From: Entomortierella parvispora E1425
Lineage: Eukaryota; Fungi; Mortierellomycota
Direction: 5' to 3'
NCBI GenBank assembly: GCA_020891255.1
Contig: BQFW01000014.1
Coordinates: 1,240,001 to 1,304,000, forward strand
Length of the DNA: 64,000 nucleotides
In this document: positions 1 through 12,952 of the stretch, one piece after another
Numbering within the stretch: position 1 is the first letter of the stretch
How the letters are laid out: each line of letters opens with the position of its first letter
Made by a program: the position numbers and the translations under genes
The notes under the pieces: model-generated
The model's input: the letters and a program-made list of their open reading frames with translations, nothing else
The model's database searches: none
What the model was told of the DNA's origin: nothing

Positions 1-411
1 TTGAACCGTTTGCCCGTCGACACCAACCAGTACTCTGTTACTCAGTACAACCGAAACTTGATGGTCAAGGACGGATTCGGACGGACTGTTCAGACAAACG
101 ATGGCTTGCCTGGTAAGAAATGACATCATTTTATCTTTTTTGAGTGAGAGAGCGCGCACAGTGGATTTTGTTATGAGGTGTACTGATCGGTTTTTTTCCC
201 AACTGGTGAAATCATAGGTGTCTTCTTCAACTTTGACATCTCACCCATGTTGGTGATTCAGAAGGAGGAGCGCAAGTCCTTCTCATCCTTCCTGACTGGA
301 GTCTGCGCTATCGTGGGAGGTATCTTCACTGTGGCCAGCATCTTGGACGGCGCCATTTGGCGCGCAGAGAGATCTTTGAAGAGAAAGATGGAGCTCGGAA
401 AGGCTCTCTAA
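1..411 (+). CDS. ERV46: ER-Golgi vesicle protein Erv46/ERGIC3, 3' end (5' part outside window)
   Basis: With intron 113-217 (GTAAGA..ATAG) removed it reads ...QYSVTQY...LPGVFFNFDISPMLVIQKEERKSFSSFLTGVCAIVGGIFTVASILDGAIWRAERSLKRKMELGKAL*, the COPIIcoated_ERV C-terminus with its TM helix; stop TAA 409-411. Confidence 0.92.
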
Positions 412-709
412 AGTCATTAGATGCTGAAATGCAATAGACCTTGACATACCCCCTACTCAATATCCAACGTACTCTTCTTTGTCCCTGAAAACGATTAAAT
501 TGCAAAAATCTGCTTCCGACTAAGTGTGTGAATGTGTGTGTGTGTGTTTACGTATGTTTTACTCAAAAGAAATGCAAAGAGGTTGGCTGCGGCGATCATT
601 GTCCATTTATTTCCGGGAAACTTGACTACAAGACGTAAAGAATGAAAGTTGGAGCCAAAGGTTAGTCATTATATCATTCAGCACGTTTGTCTTCTTTCTG
701 CTTTCACTC

Positions 710-2075
710 TCATATTTCATACCGCTTCTTGGCATCTGCTTCCAGTGCTTCTTGGATCAAGGCCGTGAGTTCAGTGACCTTGACGACGGCAATCTTTGTA
801 CACTGCAAGATTTGATCCAGCTCCATGGGGATACCTCCTGCCTTTGACATGGCGCAAACCTCCTTGTGAACATTGAGCGTTAATGTCATATCGCCTTCCT
901 TGATTTGCTCCTCCAGATATGTGGGGTCTACAAGCACACGTTCACTAGATTCAAAACATAGAAATGTCAGAAATACGTCCCCTCTGTTGTGGAACAATTT
1001 CGTAAAAATCAACAAAGATGAAAACTTACCCGTTGTCAAAGAACGCAAATGAAATACAGATAGGAATGTGATGAATACTAAGGGGAACAGGGTTGCGCTG
1101 CTCCAGGGTATGCTAATAGCGTCGGAGAGAAAACAAGAGATTGTAACGTCCTGTCAGTTTACAAGGTCGTGTTTGGCTGATTCGTTTCCATGATCTTCAC
1201 AGAGATCGTGCTATTCTTCTGTAGCTTTCGCCTTCAATGTTCACACGTACAATAGTCACGTCCTCGCCAACGACTGTCACGTCGGGTCTCCTGAAATGAA
1301 GCAAAGCTGTGATGGCCGCGATACAAGCAGCATCCACCAAGTTTCCGTCGTGATCCAAGAAATGAATGTCGACACGAATCGACCAGACCTACGGCGTGAG
1401 AAACAAAAACAATCATCTGTTGAGTGGGAGAGAACACAAATGTACGAAAACTCCTCGTTAAAGCTATGGTCCCTGTTACTGTCCATACCTTCTCTCCTGC
1501 AACAATACACAATCCTTCGGTATCCAGAGCTCTGCTTCTTCTCATTGCCTTCTCGATCAGTCTGCTCACAAGAACTTCCTCATCCGTTTGTCTAAGGCAC
1601 ATCACGATCAGAAAAACGTTAATCTCGACATATTCAACCCTGTGCTATCCTGTCCATAGAACTGCCTCCTTCTCTGTCTTACCTTCCAACTTCAAATGCA
1701 GAGGAGGCCATTGGGGACAACTCGGTGTTGAAGGTAAGGAATCCCTCTGTTGGCTTGTCGGGGAAAGGCCTGATCACCTCGCATGAAACCTTGGCCAATA
1801 CTCTATTGAAAAGGGAGCGAGATAAAAGCCATCGCGTGTCAGCTGGTGAGGGCGATCTTCCATAATCAAAGTATCCAAGTATCCAGTAGGCCATCCATGC
1901 CCGTTGCTCCTGACCTAGTGTTGCCCAGCTGGACTTCGACTGCTCCATAGTCCGACCCAAAGGAAAGGCGAAGGGTTCTGAAGTCGTAAAACTTGCGTCC
2001 ATCGATACGTGCGCCCTCCTTGAGTGCGGCGAGGACGAACTCGCGTTCGTTTGTGGATGGCTCTGCTTCTCTCAT
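710..2075 (-). CDS. RRP45: Exosome complex component Rrp45 (RNase PH fold), multi-exon
   Basis: Exons read MREAEPSTNEREFVLAALKEGARIDGRKFYDFR..VQLGNTR / VLAKVSCEVIRP..PTEGFLTFNTELSPMAS / LVSRLIEKAMRRSRALDTEGLCIVAGEKVW / VDPTYLEEQIKEGDMTLTLNVHKEVCAMSKAGG; ATG at 2075, stop at 710. Confidence 0.93.
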
Positions 2076-2540
2076 GGTGCTGATGCGTTGAAATGTGGAT
2101 GAATGGACAAGGCGACGAGAGAACGAACGTCGTCCATGCACGACTGCGGGCCCATGTCTTTGCAAAAGAAATTGAGTGACTGTCATATCCAGCCAAACAT
2201 GACAAGCCACCATTTCGTGTATCCACCGCATGGGCAGCAGACGCGTTTGATTTTATTCTTGATTTTTTCTTGACTTTATTCTCGTTGCAAGAAGGAGGGA
2301 TGAAGCTCAGAACGCTATCCCTGACATCCTGCCTGCCCCTGGTTGTCGTCATGGTTTCCCTTGATCCCCAAACGTGCTCTCCTTGAACGATCTATATTCA
2401 AGTAGTGAGGCTCGGTCGGCATCGCCCCCTTTTACTTCTCTTTTTCCTTTCCACTTTTTTTTTTTTTTTTGGCTCCATCTTCCTTCTTCGATCATATTCT
2501 CTTTTTATACCTCATATTCGCTCCTCGCAGTACAAAAATC

Positions 2541-3822
2541 ATGATAGGATGTCGGTATTTTCGACGGTCAATTCTATTTCCGTTCATGCTTGGTCTGCTG
2601 GCCATGGTTGCCTGCGTCTCCATCCTCTTTCCATACGTTTGGGTGGACGTTGGATACATCACAAGGCCCATCTGGGACAAGCAATCAGAAAAGTTTGATG
2701 AAGTTCTTGTTCACTACTTCGCCGACGGCATGACGATGCAGGACCGTTGCGAAGCTCATGGATGGAAAGTCTACAACAGCAGCTTGTTCACTTCTCAAAA
2801 TCAAGTACAGACACCACGGCTAGGGCGTGCACCGACCTTGTACGACGCCGTGATCTTCAGTGTGGAACTCGACATGCTCGAGATACGAATCCGAGAAACG
2901 TGGGATGTGGTCGACTATTTCATGATTCTCGAATCCAACTCCACGTTCACGGGTTTGGCCAAGGAGACCGTTTTCGCCAACAATCGCAAGCGATTCGAGT
3001 TTGCAGAATCAAAGATCCGGTATCGCATGCTGCCCTTGTCTCCTTTGGAAAAAGGTCAGTCTGCCTGGGTCAATGAGGGTCGAATGAGAGATGGCATGAC
3101 GGATTTCTTGCTCGAGTCTGGCATTCGGGACGGGGATCTGGTGACGACGGCAGATGTTGACGAGGTGATTAGCAAACGGACGCTCGAATTGCTCAAGTAC
3201 TGTGAGGGAACACCAGAGACGATCCATCTGCAGCTCAAGAACTACCTTTACAGCTTTGAGTTTCCAGTCCAGAACAATGGCATCTGGGAAACCGGTGTGA
3301 TCAAGTGGAAACGAGGCACCAGTCGTTATCTTCACAGCCAAATATCCAACATCCTTCTCTCGGATGCAGGTAAGAACAAAGAACCAACACAAATCTTTTA
3401 ATAATCTTTTTTTGCACTTTTGGTTCAGCCCTAACCCCCTTGCATTTTGGGTGACCCCTTCCTTCTCTAACCTTTGGACTGACTTTTTTTTTTATGATAT
3501 TACCCCAGGGTGGCACTGCTCATTCTGTTTCCGGACCATTAAAGACTTTCAGTTCAAGATGCAGGCGTACTCCCATGCAGACAGAGTCCGGTATACATCG
3601 CTCATGAAAGCTCACCATATCCAAAGGACAATCTGCGAGGGCAGGGACCTCTTTGGCATGTTCCCTGAGGCGTACTCATTCAAAGACCTCGTCACCCAAC
3701 TGGGCACTATCCCCAAGTCCAGTTCTGCCGTAGGGTTGCCACTCTGGGTGCTGACAAACCGGGAACGATTCCGGTTTCTGCTCCCAGGTGGTTGTCAACG
3801 ACAGGATGCTCTTTTGTCATGA
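2541..3822 (+). CDS. Glycosyltransferase family 17 (GnT-III/MGAT3-like), type II membrane protein
   Basis: N-terminal TM anchor; YDAVIFSVELDMLEIRIRE, VDYFMILESNSTFTG, DVDE (DxD) motifs; intron 3370-3508 joins to GWHCSFCFR; stop 3820-3822. Confidence 0.88.
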
Positions 3823-4368
3823 GGAGAGAAAAAAAAAGAAAAGAAAAAAGACCATAGAATTCATTTTTGTTGGAATAAAAAATAATTTTTGCGTGAGAGC
3901 AACGGGTGGCTACCGTTTCTCGGATAGAAAAAAGAATCACACAATTCATGTCACCGAGGTTTCAGAAGAAGAGCATCGATCTGGTCTAGAGATGTCGCTG
4001 GAAATCTCACAACCAACACCGAAAGCGCAAAAACTGCACTCCAGTAAAGAGCCAAAAATTTTGGACAAGTTGCTGAATTTATAGTCCGTCTTTTGTATGT
4101 GACTTGTCTTTTTGGGACTGTGAAACGGTGCTGCGACGGACCACCAACGACAGTGCGAGGGAGTTTTCAGCTGTGCCAGACCTGGGCAGGAAAGACGCCT
4201 CAATTTCAGTCTGCGTGACGGCTTCGAATCAATGGGCTCGACTTCTCTCGACTGAGGAAGCGCGCTCGTCCTCTCGTGGCAAGTCCTTCCCTTTCTTTCA
4301 TCTCGCACACACTTGTCCCCAGCGACACATCTTTTCAAACACCCATCCATCCTCATCCATACCTCGCC

Positions 4369-6821
4369 ATGCCCGAGTACTGGTTCGTGTCTGTCCCCGC
4401 CGAGGGGAACCGTACCATCACTTTCCAGAACTTCAAAGCCAAGATCGCAAGCACTCAAAACGACCTCAGTGAAGTCGCGCCCCTGACCATTCCAGAGTTC
4501 AAGGTACAGGACGGGGCCTTTGACACCGACAGTGCCGTTACATCCTCTCTGCCTCGTCTCCTCTTCTTTTCCTCCCTCCTTCATTCCTAACGGCCAGGAC
4601 AGGATGACCTCGTTCCATGGCTGGTTGTCATTGTCGACTTTGAACATTCAGGGACTGCAAACTCCGGGCAGCGAACACGACACCACATGCATCCCATGAC
4701 CCCCCCATGTCTTGCGCCCACCTGACAATTTCACACCTTTTTCACACCTCTTTTTGACACTTTTTTCTCATTATCTATCTCTCTTCCTCTTTGCTTTGAC
4801 CTCTTTGTAGATTGGAACCTTGGACACACTTGTGCTGTTGTCGGAGGACTTGGCAAAGCAGGATACCGCCTTCGAATCCTCTGCAAACAAATTGGTTGAT
4901 GTGATCCGCTCCCTTCTGGGCTCGGAGGCTGCCACCAAACTCGCCGGCAGTCTGTCTGTGAACGAGAGTAAGGAAAAGAATAAGAACAAGGGACAGGAAA
5001 CATGGGATTGTTGCTACTTTTTCTTTCTCGATCAATTGGACAACCAGAAGGACTCTTATCTCCATTTTTTTTTCTCACGTTTGTCTTTTTGTTTCTCTTG
5101 TTCCATTGATTTAGAGACCATCGACAATTATCTCAAGACCTTCCAATGGAACACGATGAAGTACAGAACAGACAAGTCCTTGGTCGAATTGGCCGAGATC
5201 TTGAACACTGTAAGGAAGGGAGATCAAAAAGGAACAGGAAAAAGGAACAGGATGGTCGATCTTCTCACTGTCATGGGGACTGTCACCTCTTCTCTTTCTC
5301 TCTCTCTCTCTCTCTCCCCCTCTGTCTCTGTCCCCTTTCTGGAAATAGCAGGAGTGCTGGATCGCCTTTTTCTCGCCCAAACGCCTTTCACTCACCGCAG
5401 CGTGTGATCATTTTTTTGACAACTTATAGGAGGTTGCGTCAATTGATACCCTGATGAAGAACAAGATGGCCAGCTACAGTGTCGTCAAGGGCAACTTGCA
5501 AGGAATCCAGAGACGTGAAGTGTATGAAAGCTCAACTCTTGCTATACGAATCTCGAATCTTTCTCTCTGTCGCCAAAGAGATGACAAGTTCCTGAAGACC
5601 CCTCTTTTTTTCCCTAATCCACTGTGCCTATGTCATTTTCTTTCTGGAACTCTAGTGGAAACCTGGCCTCAAAGAACATTGTCCCATACGTCAAGAAGGA
5701 GCACGTGGTTCTCGATTCAGAATACTTGGAGACCTTGGTCGTTGCTGTTCCCAAGTATGTCCAACACTTTTGCTATGATTCTGTCTGCCCCAACTCTGGA
5801 CATTGCTTGGATAGAGCAGGATGGCAGGAGAATTGACAGAGCCTGACCCAATTGGGTGTTTACCGGTATTCTTTTTTTTCTTTTGTTTTTTTGCTGCCAT
5901 TAGGACCCTTTACAAGGACTGGTCTAACAAGTACGAGACCCTCACTCAGATGGTCGTTCCTCGGTCCTCTCAGTAAGTGACGATGGGTATTGAACTGGAT
6001 TCATTCTAAATATCCAATGGAATGACTTACACACACTCTGAAACCCACTCTTTCGATCTAAATAGCAAGATCGCAGAGGATGATGAATATGGATTGTACA
6101 CTGTGACATTGTTCAAGCGTATTGCAGAGGATTTCACCAACAAGTGTCGCGAGGAGAGGTAACGAGGAGAACAAGCGGATTTCTTTCTCCAGGCATGAGA
6201 ATTCTCGCAGGGCAACAATGATGTTCAATGCAAAATTATTTTTTTCTGGTTCTGTAGGTTTATTGTCCGTGATTTCAAATACAACGAGGATGCTGTCGAG
6301 GATCAAAAACGCGAATTGGAGGAGATGGATGCGTCCGAGAAGGAGCTTTGGGTAAGTCGACAAAGTGCAGGAAAAACAGAAAAAGGAAAAAAAAAAAAAA
6401 AAAAAAAAACGTAAAAAAAAACGTGAAAAAAAAGAGACGAAAATACTGAATGGGTTTATTTTTTTATGTTTTTTTTTAGGCAACAATTTTGCGTTTGGCA
6501 AAGACCAACTTTGGCGAAGTCTTCCAAGCCTGGACCCACCTCAAGTCTCTCCGCGTCTTTGTGGAATCCGTCCTCCGCTACGGTCTCCCCCCAGATTTCG
6601 TCGGCTTCACCATCAAGCCCAAGCCCAAGCAGGATAAAAAGATTCTCGACATCCTCACGACACAATATGGTTATCTTGGTGGATCGCCCAGTAGCCGTCA
6701 TGGTCAAGCAGCTCAATCGGAGGAGACCTCGGCAGAGGATGCTGCCGTCTTGGGTTTTAACGAAAAGGACTACAGACCATTCGTCTACTTTACTCTTAGA
6801 CTCGAGATCGAGAGACAATAG
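4369..6821 (+). CDS. VMA5: V-type proton ATPase subunit C, multi-exon
   Basis: Exons: MPEYWFVSVP..IPEFK / IGTLDTLVLLSEDLAK / FQWNTMKYRTDKSL / SEYLETLVVAVPK / FGEVFQAWTHLKSLRVFVESVLRYGLPPDF. Confidence 0.95.
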
Positions 6822-7232
6822 GAGAAGTAGGAGGAACAGAGAAGAACGTTTTTTTGCTGGACGAGGGTCAAGTCATCATACCATGGATCTCTTCCCCCCT
6901 TCCCTTTCCTTGAACAAAGAGAGAGAAAAAAAAATGGCGAGGCAAAGGTGAACGGGATCCAAGAGTTTCTGTCAATGACCAAAAAGAAGAAGAAAAATTC
7001 TTTTCACAAACTCTCTATAAAGAAAAAGAATGGAGGCATCCATTCTTCTATCAGACTCTGGTCAATGGTATGATTTACTTGGTAGCAATAGGCGACGCGG
7101 TAGATGAAAGAGTATGATACAAAAGAAGAGTGTGCAAGCAAAAATCTACATAGACAAGAAGAAAAAAAAGAAAAGGAAGAACTGAGGTTCAAAACGATCA
7201 GCAAAGCAATTGAGAGGACTAAGCGACCTTTT

Positions 7233-10200
7233 TTAGGAAGACGAAGGTGGCTGGTTGTTTTGAAAGTAGTAAGGGTATGTCGCGTTCTGTCCGTAGGTAG
7301 CCTGCTGTTGAGGTTGCTGGTATGTTTGCTGGTATTGCTCTTGATAATTTTGGGTCGGCTGTTGCTGCTGAGGTTGTTGAGCATGCTGCTGGAGCATTTG
7401 AAGAAGAGCCAATGTCGTTTGAGCATCTGGGAATGCTGCTGTGACCGGTGCTGTTGTGGCCTCTGCTTGCTGAGTTGGAACCACATAGGATGAGTCCTGT
7501 TGGAGCTGAGGAGTATATCCGGTGCCAGCTCCGGCATACAGATTAGCGTAAGATCCAGCGGCGGCGTTGACTGAATACTGCTGTTGTTGAGAAGCATCAG
7601 CATACTGGGCTCCATATGCTTGTCCGTACCCTTCATAAGGGTTGTAGGCTGAGGTAGGCGCAGCACTACTACTGGTGAGCTGTTCCAGCAACTTCAATGA
7701 ACCCAAAAGCACCTCCGTTCCCTGGTTTCGTGAAGGGTCAAAAGAAGAAACAATTAGAAATGAATACAAAGGGGAAAATTCCCAGCCTGGCTCATTTGAG
7801 ATACTTACGTCGTTCAGGACAATTGGCTTCACAGTTGTAGGATCCAGCGGCACTGGATCTGGGTCTGGCTCTGCAGGTGAGGGTGGGATATAGGCCACTT
7901 GGAAGTAGTTTGCCGACAAGGTCTCGAGTTCCCTCTTTTCTTGCGCTTCCTTCTCTGTGCTCAGTTCACCTCTACTTACTTGGTGATCCTCATCGACTGC
8001 AATCTCCAAGGGAGGGCTCCAATGGTCCCCTCTCAAAAGAGGCACCATTCGCGCTTCCGTCATCATGAACACCGGCCTCATGCTCGACCCTCCATACCCC
8101 AAGTAAAACATTGCGGAATCTTCATCTCCAGGGCCACCTGCAAAAGCCAGGTCCTCATCCTCGCTGTCCTCTTCTTCTTCTCCAGGAAGCGGTCGAGGAT
8201 CGATGTATCGGATGGAGACAAGCTCGTCTGGGTTCTTGAATCGAACAGTCTTCTTTGGCTTGTTTAGCTTTGTTGGTGCTGCCACTGGCGTTGCCACTGC
8301 TGGTGAATTCTCTAATTCGCTGTTTGCCGACGCCTTGCTCGCAATCATCTTTAGAACAGCTGCATTGGCAAGGATAGATGAGACCAGGTCACTGGCTGAA
8401 CTTGGCACAGTGATTGTGCTACTGGATGGACTATCCTGGGAAGGCGATGACGGCAGAGTCGAGACTAGCGCTTGGGCGGCCGTTGATGTGACAGAAGCTG
8501 GTGCTGGTGCTGATATCGTTGGCGAGGACACTGCCTGTGATGGAGACGAGACACTTTGGGAGGGTGATGAGGGTGAGTTGGCCGATCCAGTATTTGTTCG
8601 CAGGGTGAGGCCGATATCCTTAAAGAAAGCAGCATTTTCTCGAATCTGTGCTTTCTTTGTAAGCTCCACAGGACCAGTCGATTTTCCTTTGATGAACTTT
8701 GGTAGAGGCATATCCACCGCCTATGAAAGAGAGAACGAGAAAGCAATAGTACCATGTTAGGGTGGGTTTGTTGCTTCCAACAGTGCAGATCAAACAGTCA
8801 TAGGCGCGCATCCCGACATGTACCTCAAAAGGCGCGTCGCGTTTGTTTTCGGCACGCTTTCCACCGTGGTCGCGTGTTGCCTTTTCACTCAGTTTGGAGA
8901 TGTCAAAGGTTGAGGATACAAGTTGGCGCCACTGCTTTTCCAATGCGAGAGCGCTGTTCCTGAGATCTTTATAGTCGCCAAAAAAAAGCACATTGATACA
9001 CCATTAGATCCTTTTATTTTTTTTACGAGGTTTGTACTCCCCCCGGCAAAATGGTCATAACAATAGGCCATTTTACAGATACACGGTTATAACAGGCTCC
9101 ATGCCTTTGTTAGTATTATCCATCTACTATTTCTTACCTTGCTGAGCTTCATCGTCTTTGGCAAGCTGTTTTACAGTAACACCCAGCTTGCATTCCTTCA
9201 ATGCTTCAAAATCAAAAGGAAGTGCCTTTGCAATTTCAATTGTGTTCATGAGCATGTTCTTGTTGCCTGGGAGCGAGAAATCCTCTTTCCCAGCCTCGAT
9301 CCATTTGCGAAGAGCAAGCCCGCCATTTTCCTTGACAAATCTAAGGTGTTGGTTAAAGTTCAAAAAAGAACGTCAAAAGCCGATCTACGCCTCAGACTCC
9401 TGCAAATTCCTCTGCACCAACCTCTTGGAAATTTCAGCCGCTTTTGATGAACGACTCCGAACTGTCATCAACAAAGCATTCAAAGGTGATCGTCGACCTT
9501 CATTATCACGAGCCGCGTTCATGAGGGAAATGAATACCCTGACTTGCTCCGGTCCAATGATTGTTCCTCCTTGAACGAGTTGTGAAACTCTTTTCTGGAT
9601 TTCTGCCCCTCCCAGCTAAACGTTCATGAAAATAAGATGGCAAAACGGTCAACCTCGGCTACATCAAATCAGATATAGAATCTCTCGATATCTAGAACGA
9701 CCCTTACTGTTCCCGTGATAGCCTCGCTATTGGGCTTTTCAGGCCTGGTTGCTCTAGGGGCATCGCTAGCTGTCAATGATGGACGCTCATCCTTAGGCTT
9801 TGGTTCAGCAAGACTATTATATATTTCAAAATTATCAGTAAAGTGCAACTTGTGTAAATAAAAGACCCAATTTTCGACCAAACAAACCTTGGTTTCTGCC
9901 CTGAATATGCTCCTGCGCGTTCTACGAAATGAAGCGATAGCAAGGATGTTAAGTGCTGCAACTGGAATCAAGTATGCATCCTTGATAGCGAAAACAAATG
10001 TTGGTCCCTACTGGCAACTGATTCCACACGCTTCTCATCTAGAATACTCTTGTTCGCAGCGGGTTCTGCATGCTTCTCATCTGGAGTGCCTGTGGGAACG
10101 CTCGCAGATCGAATGGATGTCTTCTCCAGGACCTCCAACTTCTTTGACACGGTGTTTGTTGCTGTCGACTCACTGAGCCGTTCCTTTTCTCTCTGTCGGC

Positions 10201-11160
10201 GACGAGAGAACCAATTGACAATCTAGAATATAGATGTGGTGCTTCGTTAACCAAATGTAGAAAAGTACAAAACAGGGAGCTGTTCTACTCAGCACCAGAA
10301 CAACAGCCGCGTATCCCCTCCTACCTGGAGTTCTGTGCACCCAATCTTTTGAGCTAGCTCAACCTTGACAGACACGGCACTGTGATTGATTTGGAACGCG
10401 GTCTCCAGTATCTGGTTGTGGGTGTCCGAGAACAAGAATCTGTTCTTTTGACCTTCCACTGCAGGCACGGATGCAGATGCAAACCCAGACAAGGATAAAC
10501 ATTGAAGGAAATAAAAAAATAAAAAAAATAAAATGCAACGCGTGAGTTATTGCCGAAGCAGGTACTTTCACGACACAAGGGGTCCTTTCCTTCCCCTGTA
10601 GTGTGCGCTCCCCCCTTTTTTTCCTCTCTTTTTGATCCACTGCACAATATTGACTTGTTTTTTTTTTCTTTTTGAGTGCTATGGAGAGTTGCTTCACCTC
10701 TATTCATGTAAGTAGTCCTGGGATCGACCCCTGTACGAACAGGCTCTTCTTCAAGGGATGGCGAAGGTGATGGCAAGGGCGACGGTGACAGCGAGCGAGA
10801 GGTCGAACGCTGAGCTACATTTGGATAAGGCTTGAAGGGCTGCTTGGGAACCACGCTGCTGGCGACCACTCGCCTGCTGTGGCCAAGCGGTGGTGGTGGC
10901 AAGGTCGATTCAGCGGGACTTTGTATGACCATGGATGATTCTACGACAACAGTGTTTGCACTCATGGGCGGTGGATCAAGTGCCATCTGTTTGTCATTGT
11001 TCTCCGATGCAGTGGATGCTGCGACGAGGGCTGAGTACTTTGCATCAATGCCCACATCAGTCATGGTCACATCAGGTTTCACTGCACCTGCGTCGGCCAT
11101 GACGGTGACCTCTGGGTTGTTTTCAGTCATGAGGCCGTCAATAGGATTATGAACCATCAT
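7233..11160 (-). CDS. PNUTS/Ppn1-like PP1 regulatory subunit with an N-terminal atypical homeodomain (about 10 exons)
   Basis: Phase-compatible GT-AG exons 11160-10698, 10458-10325, 10222-10012, 9921-9888, 9813-9708, 9615-9422, 9340-~9138, ~8968-~8824, ~8723-7809, 7721-7233. They encode a homeodomain (KNRFLFS..LETAF..ELAQKIGCTELQIVNWFSRRRQREK), a TFIIS-N/LW-like domain (LRKWIEA..KALPFDFEALKECKLGVTVKQL..KQWRQLV), the PP1-docking RVxF KKTVRFK and a Q/Y-rich tail. Start codon is uncertain. Confidence 0.72.
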
Positions 11161-11517
11161 TCGACACTGCACAGTAGGAGAGGATTGCCCCACAAGAGGA
11201 CCAACAGGCAGGATGTCTTTTTTTTGTGCAGTGAAGAGTGGCGCTTAAGGATTCACGCCCAAAAAATAAGTATGAATATGAATGAGAGCCAGGCAGAGCA
11301 ACTCTAGGAGACAAGCAGAATCTATAACGTCCAGAAACAATAGGATGGGGAGGAAGGAAAGAAACAGGGGAAACAGAGAGAAGGATAGAAGGGACAGAAC
11401 GAGACTATCAAGTGGATGAATGAGGGGTCAAATGGAAGGGTTGAGAGAGAAGAAAGGACAATGATGCAACAATGCATTTCGCTTTATTAGCTTGCTCGGG
11501 TGGCTGAGCGCGATCAC

Positions 11518-12616
11518 TCACTCGTTCACGTGACACGTGTCTTTGTCTTTCTCCCTGTCCTTGCCCTTGTCCTTGTCTTTGGTCTTTGTGCTGGTGGTGC
11601 TGCTCAAGCTCGATTTCGAGCCCGTCTTTTTTTTGCGACGCAGTCGCACGACTTCCACTGTTAGTGGAGACACCGCTGCCAGCTCATCGTTGTCCTGGGC
11701 CCCTGCAGAAATTTGTGGGAACCGATCCACCGGTTCCTTGGGTGGACTGGCCGTATCCACGATTGCAGATGTAGGTGGAGGTGGTGACGGGGATGCACTG
11801 GACGGTGGTCTTGTGGTCGAGATGATAGGGAAGGCAGGTCTAGCAGGCAGTGGAAACGGAAGGGTTCGAGGAGGGGCGATTGACTCGGCCGTCAATGGCC
11901 GGGATTGGGACTGCGACGGGGACTTTGGTGAAGAACCAAGGCCGGCGTTGGGGAGTGGCGACGCTGCTGATGGCAAAGGCGAAATGGATCCTGGAGAGTG
12001 AGGCCGTGAAGTCGACGCCGATGTTGCTCCTTGAACTGCAGCAATGGTCTGATCATATGCCTGCTCCTTGGCGCGCGTCGCCAGTGCCTTGGCAGATTGT
12101 TTCTCGCGCCCAAGAACAACAAGGTCGGATCTTTTCTTTAGTTTCTTGGACAGGGCAGTGGTCGAGGCTATGGTGTTCTTCATGGCTGCCACTTTTGCAA
12201 TGTAATGTGGAAGCCTTGCAAACTATTCGAGTTGCAATCCGACAAGGTTGAATATTATTATGATCAGTCTGTGTGAATACTCTCTCTCGCCACTTGTTCT
12301 TTCAAACAACATCAGCCTTACTGTGTCGTGGACATGATCCAACTCTGCCTGAGACGCACCCAGTTCGATCGACAGTCGTGCCATCTGCTCCTGTAATATC
12401 GTCTGACCCTGTCTATATTAAGGTCTGGGTCAGTTTTTTTTTTTTTTTTTGCCTTCAGCGCTGACCAGAAAAGGATGGAACATGCATCAATGATGGGTAC
12501 GCATACCCTAAATCCCGAAGCTGGCAATCCACATTATGAATGAGAGGCTCTAGTCTCTCCAGTAATGCCTGGCTTAGTTGTTGCTCTGCTGTCGTGTCTG
12601 TTCCTGTCACGTCCAT
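11518..12616 (-). CDS. BLOC-1 subunit pallidin/snapin-like protein with a long S/P-rich C-terminal extension
   Basis: Spliced model MDVTGTDTTAEQQLSQALLERLEPLIHNVDCQLRDLGQGQTILQEQMARLSIELGASQAELDHVHDTFARLPHYIAKVAAMKNTIASTTALSKKLKKR; the pattern parallels pallidin (LAEGLL..ELTQNQ..FAEAKHYHAKL..KLKKRA). Confidence 0.6.
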
Positions 12617-12952
12617 GGTTGATGCGGTTCGGAATGCAAGCTGGCAAAAAAGGGAAAATGAAATCGAAAGTAAAATTTATTTTTTTTCTATGTGAAGTGT
12701 GCTGTGCGTGAATTTTGAGGTGAGTGGTGAGTGCGAGTGAGTGGATGTGATTGTATTGAGTCTCCCCAGAGGTAGCCCCTCTGACCCCTGTTTGCCACCG
12801 ACTCATCGTTCATGTCCCTGCTATTGACTGGGAGAAGAAATACCAGCGAGGTCGGAAAAAAAGAGATATTTTCTTGATCATGAATTGACGGTGGTGCCTG
12901 GTCGCTGCAAGTGAACGATCATTGGGAGAACATCAGGGACAAGACCAGGCGC

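Noticed and set aside
8203-8760. Long antisense or alternate-frame ORFs over real genes (also 11537-12001, 26044-26523, 47848-48222, 62902-63243)
   Set aside because: Shadow ORFs of low-complexity or codon-biased coding sequence with no recognisable motifs.
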